A DNA stretch of 34,853 nt from Gemmatimonadota bacterium (GTDB lineage Bacteria; Gemmatimonadota; Gemmatimonadetes; Gemmatimonadales; GWC2-71-9), in NCBI GenBank assembly GCA_003220855.1, contig QHTP01000037.1, forward strand, positions 1 through 34,853, in the 5' to 3' direction. A program made the position numbers and the translations under genes. Under the pieces are notes generated by a model. It ran no database searches. It was not told the origin of the DNA and saw only the letters and a list, made by a program, of their open reading frames with translations. Of this stretch, positions 28,911 through 34,853 are shown piece after piece (within the stretch, counting starts at the first letter, position 1; each line of letters opens with the position of its first letter).

Positions 28911-29731
28911 GGGATCACCACCCCTCCGTAGCCCACCACGGCCTCCTCGTCCCCCGTCACCATCCCGGAGTGGCTGTAATGCACCACCGTAGCCTCCCGG
29001 GCCCCGAGCGCCCGAGCCGCGACGAGCACGGTGGCGGTGGGCGCCCGGCCGCACATCGAGATGCCTTCGCCGCGGCAGCGACCCAGCAGCTCCGCGCCGT
29101 CGAGGGCGGTCACCGCCTCGAGCGCCCGCCGGTCCTTGCGCTCCGAGACGGCGGCCGGCTCATAGTGATTCAGGTCGCTCGACGCGAGCAACAGCACGGG
29201 CTGCGGCCAGCGTCCCACCAGTCCCGCCAGCGCCTCGCCCAGCTCGAGGCAGCCCTGCCACGCCTCCCACGCGAGCACCAGCGGCACGATGCGCACGTCG
29301 GCGCGCCGCAGCAGAAGGAACGGCAGCTCCACCTCCACGGCGTGCTCCCCGACGTGGGCCGCGTGGTCCGCTCCCACGAGGGGCGAGGCGGCGACGAGCG
29401 CCCGCGCGAATTCCTCGTCGACGCCCACGTCACCCAGCGGCGTGCGAAACGCTCCGGCCTCCCACAGCGACGCCCCGCCCGGCGCGCGGCAGACGCCCGT
29501 GTGATTGGGCGCGAGGATCACGACGAGCGGCGGGACCTCGAGGCGCGCGAACACGTGCGCCGCCGTGAGCCCCGAGTAGAGATAACCCGCGTGCGGCGCG
29601 ACGGCCGCGCGCGCCGGCGCGGGCCGCGCCACACCCACCGAATCGAGCAGCTCCCGCACGGTGCGCTCGAGCTGCGCCGGCACTGCAGGGTAGAAGCGCC
29701 CGCTCACGGCGGGCGCGCGCACGGCGTCCAA
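28907..29731 (-). CDS. amrB: AmmeMemoRadiSam system protein B (MEMO1 family)
   Basis: Motifs RAPAVSGRFYP, PHAGYLYSG, PNH, EHAVEVELPFL, SSDLNHY, SMCG and VVGY. Confidence 0.92.
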   Translation of the reverse strand: MDAVRAPAVSGRFYPAVPAQLERTVRELLDSVGVARPAPARAAVAPHAGYLYSGLTAAHVFARLEVPPLVVILAPNHTGVCRAPGGASLWEAGAFRTPLGDVGVDEEFARALVAASPLVGADHAAHVGEHAVEVELPFLLLRRADVRIVPLVLAWEAWQGCLELGEALAGLVGRWPQPVLLLASSDLNHYEPAAVSERKDRRALEAVTALDGAELLGRCRGEGISMCGRAPTATVLVAARALGAREATVVHYSHSGMVTGDEEAVVGYGGVVIP

Positions 29732-29733
29732 GC

Positions 29734-29931
29734 TTACTTGAAGCTCTGGCCGATCGCCCGACCGAAGGAGATCTCTCCGTTATCGATGCGGATGTTGAAC
29801 CCGCAGTCCGGGTTCGTGCAGACCCAAGCCTTGTACGTAATCGGCGCCCCGTCGCGACCATAGTCCGACAACGGGATCAGGAGACCTTGCTGACACTTCC
29901 GGCAGGCGGGCCATTCTTTCACTTCCTCCAT
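29734..29931 (-). CDS. Small (65 aa) zinc-ribbon hypothetical protein
   Basis: ATG at 29931 with purine-rich GAAGGGGG upstream. CRKC...LIPLSDYG...YKAWVCTNPDC. It fills the operon gap. Confidence 0.8.
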   Translation of the reverse strand: MEEVKEWPACRKCQQGLLIPLSDYGRDGAPITYKAWVCTNPDCGFNIRIDNGEISFGRAIGQSFK

Positions 29932-29962
29932 GCGGCACCCCCTTCGCCCGATACGACGCCCG

Positions 29963-30349
29963 CTACCCGCGCTCCACACCGGGCCAGCGGTAGCCGGTGC
30001 GGAACACCTCGGCGAAATCGTACACCCGCTCGAAGTCCTCGGGCTTGTCGCTCGGCTGGCGCGCCAGCAATCCGACGTCGATCAGCGTGAAGACGATGCG
30101 GCCGAGGTCTTCGGTGCTGGTGATACCCCAGTGCGCGAGGACGGTCGGCGCGAGCAGGCCGAATTGGTCGAGTGCGAAGTCGCGGCACGACCAGGCGAGC
30201 TCGGTCCCGGAGAGGTGGCGACGCGCCGGGAGCTTCCCCTGGGCGTACTCGAGCGCCGCCAGCACGAACAGGTAGCCGCGCTCGGGGTAGCGCCCCTCGT
30301 GCTGCCCGATGCGGGCGAACGCCTCCTCCAGCGTGGCGAAGTCGCTCAC
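29963..30349 (-). CDS. Minf_1886-like (TIGR04138-like) conserved hypothetical protein
   Basis: GTG at 30349 overlaps the lon stop. RYPERGYLFVLAALEY...RHLSGTEL...ALDQFGLLAPTVLAHWGITSTEDLGRIVFTLID. Family recognised from memory. Confidence 0.78.
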   Translation of the reverse strand: MSDFATLEEAFARIGQHEGRYPERGYLFVLAALEYAQGKLPARRHLSGTELAWSCRDFALDQFGLLAPTVLAHWGITSTEDLGRIVFTLIDVGLLARQPSDKPEDFERVYDFAEVFRTGYRWPGVERG

Positions 30350-32592
30350 GGCCGGGCCTCCGTCGGGCCCGAGGGCCGGGCCCGCACGGCCACGGGCCGG
30401 GTGGGACGCGGCTCCAGCAGGGCGAGCGCCAGCACCTCGTCGATCGTCTCCACGGGCGTGATCTCGAGCAGCTGCTTCACCTCGTCGGGGACGTCCACGA
30501 GGTCGTTCTGGTTGCGCGCCGGCACGAGCACCATCTTGACGCCGGCGCGCGCCGCCGCGGTCAGCTTCTCCTTGAGGCCGCCGATCGGCAGGATGCGGCC
30601 CCGCAGCGTCAGCTCGCCGGTCATCGCCACGTCGTGCCGCGCCGGGCGGCGGCACAACAGCGACGCCAGCGCCGTGGCGATGGCGATCCCCGCCGACGGG
30701 CCGTCCTTGGGCACCGCCCCCGCGGGCAGGTGCAGGTGCACGTCGGTTTGCGTGAACGCTTCGAGCGGAATCCCCAACGGCCCGGCGCGGGCGCGCAGCA
30801 GACTCCAGGCGGCCTGGGCCGATTCCTTCATCACGTCGCCCAGCTGGCCGGTGAGGGTGATCAGCCCCTTGCCCGGCATCTGGATCGCCTCGATGAACAT
30901 GATGTCGCCGCCCACCGGCGTCCACGCGAGTCCGGTCGCGACGCCGACTTCGGGGGTCCGCCCCGCCACCTCGCTCTGCACCTTGGGCTGACCGGCATAC
31001 TTCTCGATGTTCTTGGCGGTGATCTTGACCACGGCCGCGCGTCCCTCGACCACGTCGAGCGCGGCCTTGCGGAGCATGCCCTGGATCTCGCGCTCCAGCT
31101 GGCGCACGCCGGCCTCGCGCGTGTATTCGGCGATGAGCCGCTCCAGCGCGCCATCGGCGATGCCGGCGCGCTCCGCCGTGAGCCCCGTCTCGGTGAGCTG
31201 GCGCGGGAGCAGGTAGCGCTTGGCGATCGCCAGCTTCTCGCCCGGGGTGTACCCGGGCAAGGTGAGCACCTCCATGCGGTCCAGCAGGGGATCGGGGATC
31301 GGCGCGAGGCTGTTGGCGGTGGCGATGAACATGACGCCCGACAGGTCGAACGGCACCTCGAGGTAGTGGTCCACGAAGCTGCCGTTCTGGGCCGGGTCGA
31401 GCACCTCGAGCAACGCGGCGGTCGGATCGCCGCGCACGTCGGCGCCCATCTTGTCCACCTCGTCGAGCATCAGCAGCGGGTTGCGCGTCTCGCAGCGCTG
31501 CAGCGCGTGGATGATGCGTCCCGGGAGCGCGCCGACGTACGTGCGGCGGTGGCCGCGCACCTCCGCCTCGTCGCGCACGCCGCCGAGCGACACGCGGGTG
31601 AAGCGGCGGCCCAGCGCCTCCGCGATGCTCTGGCCCAGCGATGTCTTGCCCACGCCCGGCGGCCCGACGAAGCACAGGATGCCGCCACGCGCCGCCCGGT
31701 TGAGCGTGCGCACGGCGAGATATTCGAGGATCCGCTCTTTGACCGTCTTGAGATCGTAGTGGTCACGATCGAGAATGTCGCGCGCGGCCTTCAGGTCGAG
31801 CCGGTCGTCCGAGGTGCGGCTCCACGGCAGGGTCGCGAACACTTCCAGGTAGGTGCGCGCCACGTGGTACTCGGCCGACTGGGGCGACATCTGCCGCAGC
31901 CGCTTGAGTTCGCGCTCCACCACCTTGGTGGCCTCCTCGGGCAGGCCGGCCGCCTCGAGCCGCTGGGCCAGCTCGGTCAGCTCGTCGTCCGCGTCCTCTT
32001 CGCCCAGCTCCTGGCGGATGACGCGCAGTTGTTCGCGCAGCACGTACTCGCGCTGGTTCTGGTCCAGCCGCGTCCGCACCTTTTCCTGGATCTGGCTGCC
32101 GACCTCGAGCACCTGCAGCTCCTGGCCCAGCAGCTCCGCCAGCCGCTCCAGCCGGTGGTTCACATCGTCGATGGCCAGCAGCTCGGCCTTGGCGGGGAGC
32201 GCGAGGTCGAGGTTGGCGGCCACGAAGTCGGCGAGCTTGCCCGCGTCGCTGATGCCGACGAGCACCTCGTGCAGCTCTTCGCCCAGATAGGGGGCGATGT
32301 CGATGACGCGGGAGAACTGGGCGTGCACGGTGCGCTTCAGCGCCTCGGTGCGCGCGTCCTCCGGCTGGGCGTCGGCGAACGTCTCGTAGGCCGCTACCAG
32401 CCAGTGCTCGGCGGGCGTGATCTCCTGCAGCCGGGCGCGCTCCAGGCCCTGCACCATGACCCGCACCGAGCCGTCGCCCAGCTTGAGCATGCGCACGACG
32501 GTGCTGAGCGTGCCGACCTCGTACAGCTCGTCCGCGCGGGCATGCATCACGGCCCCCTCGGGGGGCTCGGTCCCGCCCAGCGGTTTCACCAC
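30346..32592 (-). CDS. lon: Lon protease (endopeptidase La); native N-terminus disrupted, original start probably GTG 32615 in another frame
   Basis: Motifs DHYDLKTVKERILEYLAV, GPPGVGKTS, RGHRRTYVGALPG, LDEVDK, PKDGPSAG (catalytic Ser) and GGLKEK (catalytic Lys). The ORF-track extension to 32943 overlaps hsp20 and is spurious. Confidence 0.9.
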   Translation of the reverse strand: MVKPLGGTEPPEGAVMHARADELYEVGTLSTVVRMLKLGDGSVRVMVQGLERARLQEITPAEHWLVAAYETFADAQPEDARTEALKRTVHAQFSRVIDIAPYLGEELHEVLVGISDAGKLADFVAANLDLALPAKAELLAIDDVNHRLERLAELLGQELQVLEVGSQIQEKVRTRLDQNQREYVLREQLRVIRQELGEEDADDELTELAQRLEAAGLPEEATKVVERELKRLRQMSPQSAEYHVARTYLEVFATLPWSRTSDDRLDLKAARDILDRDHYDLKTVKERILEYLAVRTLNRAARGGILCFVGPPGVGKTSLGQSIAEALGRRFTRVSLGGVRDEAEVRGHRRTYVGALPGRIIHALQRCETRNPLLMLDEVDKMGADVRGDPTAALLEVLDPAQNGSFVDHYLEVPFDLSGVMFIATANSLAPIPDPLLDRMEVLTLPGYTPGEKLAIAKRYLLPRQLTETGLTAERAGIADGALERLIAEYTREAGVRQLEREIQGMLRKAALDVVEGRAAVVKITAKNIEKYAGQPKVQSEVAGRTPEVGVATGLAWTPVGGDIMFIEAIQMPGKGLITLTGQLGDVMKESAQAAWSLLRARAGPLGIPLEAFTQTDVHLHLPAGAVPKDGPSAGIAIATALASLLCRRPARHDVAMTGELTLRGRILPIGGLKEKLTAAARAGVKMVLVPARNQNDLVDVPDEVKQLLEITPVETIDEVLALALLEPRPTRPVAVRARPSGPTEARP

Positions 32593-32615
32593 GGCAGGAC
32601 TGGCAGACGATCCAC

Positions 32616-33080
32616 TTACTGCACCCGGACCGACTGTGGCCCCGACAGACGGGCCGGCAGCTTGGCGAGCCACACTTCGAGAAAGCCCTGCTCGTAGGTC
32701 GCGCGGATGCTTTCGGGGTCCACCGGGACGGGCAGGCGGAACCGACGCTCGAAGGGGCCGACCTGCACCTCCATCGCGTGGTAGTGGGGCTTCCCCTCGT
32801 TGCGCCGGGCCTGGCGCTCTCCCGCGATCGTGAGGATGCCGTCCGCGTACTCGACCGTGAAGTCTTCGGAGCGCATGCCCGCGATGTCCATGTAGACCAC
32901 CAGCGCGTCGTCGGTCTCGAAGATGTCGGTGGGTGGCTTCCATTTGGCGGAGGCGACGAAGCCCACGGGACGGCCGTGGGCGACTTCGTTGAAATAGACC
33001 TCGAGCTCCTCGGCCGGATGCACCGTGAGCGAGCCCGAGCCGCGGGAGGGGCGCCCCGACGAGCCGCTGCTGTCAGCCAT
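32616..33080 (-). CDS. Small heat-shock protein, Hsp20/alpha-crystallin family
   Basis: [23 protein letters not shown]...GILTIAGER...[10 protein letters not shown]...[16 protein letters not shown]. Confidence 0.92.
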   Translation of the reverse strand: MADSSGSSGRPSRGSGSLTVHPAEELEVYFNEVAHGRPVGFVASAKWKPPTDIFETDDALVVYMDIAGMRSEDFTVEYADGILTIAGERQARRNEGKPHYHAMEVQVGPFERRFRLPVPVDPESIRATYEQGFLEVWLAKLPARLSGPQSVRVQ

Positions 33081-34353
33081 GGGACGCCGCCGCGGTGGCG
33101 CGGGCCGGTGCCGCGTACAGGGGGAACTGCTTCGTCAGCTCGCGCACGTCGGCCTTGACCCGCGCGATGGTGCTGTCGTCCTGCTTGGTGAGCACGGTAT
33201 CGATGAGTGTCGCCACGGTGTGCATCTCCGTCTCGGTGAACCCTCGCGTCGTCACGGCCGGTGTGCCGATCCGGATCCCGCTCGTGACGAAGGCCTTCTG
33301 CGGATCTCCGGGAATCGTATTCTTGTTCACGGTGATGCCCGCCCGGTCGAGCAGCTCCTGGGCCTCCTTGCCGGTCACCTGCTTGGGCCGGAGATCCACG
33401 AGCATCAGATGGGTGTCGGTGCCCCCCGAGACGATGGCGTAGCCGCGCTCCACCAGCGCCGCGGCGAGCGCCTGCGCGTTCTGCACCACCTGCCGCGCGT
33501 AACGTTTGAATTCGGGAGTATTGGCCTCGCCCAGGGCCACGGCCTTGGCGGCAATCACGTGCTCGAGCGGTCCGCCCTGGAGTCCTGGGAACACCTGCTT
33601 GTCCACGTCCTTGGCGAACGTCTCCCGGCACAGAATCAGGCCGCCCCTCGGGCCCCGCAGCGTCTTGTGGGTGGTGGTCGTCACGATGTGGGCGTGCGGC
33701 ACGGGCGAGGGATGGATTCCCGCGGCGACGAGACCCGCGATGTGGGCCATGTCCACGACGAAGATCGCGCCCACTTCGTCGGCGATATTGCGGAGCGCCG
33801 CGAAATCGATGACGCGGGCGTACGCGGATGCCCCCCCGATCAAGAGGCGCGGCCGCTCGCGCCGCGCGATGTCGCGCACCTGATCATAGTCGATCCGGCC
33901 CGTCTCCTCACGCACGCCGTAATGCGTCGCCCGGAACAGCGTGCCCGAAAAGTTCACCGGCGCGCCGTGCGTCAGGTGGCCGCCGTGGGGCAGCGCCAGC
34001 CCGAGCAGAGTGTCGCCCGGCTTGGCGACCGCGAGGTAGGCGGCCATGTTGGCCTGCGCCCCCGAGTGCGGCTGCACGTTGACGTGCTCCGCCTTGAACA
34101 AGGCCCGGGCGCGGTCGATGGCGAGCTGCTCGACCTCGTCCACCACTTCGCACCCGCCGTAGTAGCGCTTCTTCGGCAGTCCCTCGGCGTACTTGTTGGT
34201 CAGGGCAGTGCCCATCGCCTCCATGACGGCGACGGAGACGAAGTTCTCGCTCGCGATCAGCTCGAGCCCGTGCTCCTGCCGCTCCACCTCGCGGCGGATG
34301 AGCTGGGCGACCGTGGGGTCCGCCTGGGCGAGCGGGGTGCGCCGGTCGATCAT
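33073..34353 (-). CDS. glyA: Serine hydroxymethyltransferase
   Basis: Motifs [39 protein letters not shown] and [12 protein letters not shown] at 34353. Confidence 0.97.
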   Translation of the reverse strand: MIDRRTPLAQADPTVAQLIRREVERQEHGLELIASENFVSVAVMEAMGTALTNKYAEGLPKKRYYGGCEVVDEVEQLAIDRARALFKAEHVNVQPHSGAQANMAAYLAVAKPGDTLLGLALPHGGHLTHGAPVNFSGTLFRATHYGVREETGRIDYDQVRDIARRERPRLLIGGASAYARVIDFAALRNIADEVGAIFVVDMAHIAGLVAAGIHPSPVPHAHIVTTTTHKTLRGPRGGLILCRETFAKDVDKQVFPGLQGGPLEHVIAAKAVALGEANTPEFKRYARQVVQNAQALAAALVERGYAIVSGGTDTHLMLVDLRPKQVTGKEAQELLDRAGITVNKNTIPGDPQKAFVTSGIRIGTPAVTTRGFTETEMHTVATLIDTVLTKQDDSTIARVKADVRELTKQFPLYAAPARATAAASHG

Positions 34354-34787
34354 GAGTCGATCTTGGCCACGCGCCGCTCGTGGCGCCCGCCCTCGAACGC
34401 GGTGTCGAGCCACGTGTGCAGGATTTCCAACCCTTCCTCCCCGCTCACGAAGCGCGCGGGCAGCACGAGCACGTTCGCGTCGTTGTGTTTGCGCGCCAGC
34501 TCCGCGATCTCCGGGCTCCAGGCCACGGCTGCCCGCACGCGCGGGAACCGGTTCGCCACATAGGCCATCCCGAGCCCCGTGCCGCAGGTCAGTACTGCGC
34601 GGCGCACTTTCCCGGTGCTGACGGCCTCCGCCACGGGGCGGCCGTAGTCGGGGAAGTCGTCGGCCGGGTCCATCGATTGCGGGCCCACGTCCACCGGGTC
34701 GTAGCCGAGGCGCTTGAGTTCGTCCACGATCTGCCCCTTCAGCTGGAAGCCGGCGTGGTCGGCGCCGACGTAGATCCGCTCGGACAC
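34350..34787 (-). CDS. rpiB: Ribose 5-phosphate isomerase B
   Basis: Motifs GADHAG, CGTGLGM, HNDANVL and [10 protein letters not shown], with rpiB-glyA synteny. Confidence 0.95.
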   Translation of the reverse strand: MSERIYVGADHAGFQLKGQIVDELKRLGYDPVDVGPQSMDPADDFPDYGRPVAEAVSTGKVRRAVLTCGTGLGMAYVANRFPRVRAAVAWSPEIAELARKHNDANVLVLPARFVSGEEGLEILHTWLDTAFEGGRHERRVAKIDS

Positions 34788-34790
34788 AGT

Positions 34791-34853
34791 TCAACCTCGA
34801 GGATAGAGACCGCGCGCGACGAGGATCCGCTGGATTTCACTGGTTCCCTCATA
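34791..34853 (-). CDS. C-terminus of an acyl-CoA dehydrogenase (partial)
   Basis: Manual translation [20 protein letters not shown] contains the YEGTxEIQR signature. Confidence 0.8.
   Translation of the reverse strand, partial: YEGTSEIQRILVARGLYPRG

Overview
High-GC bacterial chromosome segment. Gene content and style suggest Gemmatimonadota, but that is inference. Most of it is a tightly overlapped minus-strand housekeeping backbone: acyl-CoA dehydrogenase 3' end, rpiB, glyA, hsp20, lon, a Minf_1886-like gene, a small Zn-ribbon gene, amrB, nnr, thiL, plsC, eno and ftsB; then tilS, hpt, ftsH, a MacAB-like ABC cassette, folP, cdaA, yggS, divIVA-like, punA, ileS, a TraR/DksA gene and lspA. An accessory block at about 16.3-24.1 kb surrounds a tRNA-Met. 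It holds a flavin reductase, a CRTAC1/ASPIC-UnbV lipoprotein directly behind the tRNA, a secreted polyproline/SdrD-B protein, and a translationally coupled four-gene plus-strand operon. That operon encodes a tandem-Ig lipoprotein, a Zn-ribbon + Hanks-type pseudokinase + TM + PEGA protein, a TPR/FlgD-Ig membrane protein and a predicted outer-membrane beta-barrel. It is the best candidate for an undescribed trans-envelope system. Other points of note are a frameshifting 5' deletion in lon, recurrent leaderless-type promoters, an RBS/start-sequestering hairpin, heptamer repeats inside thiL and an N-terminally extended FolP. All calls come from reading the sequence by eye; no database searches were run.
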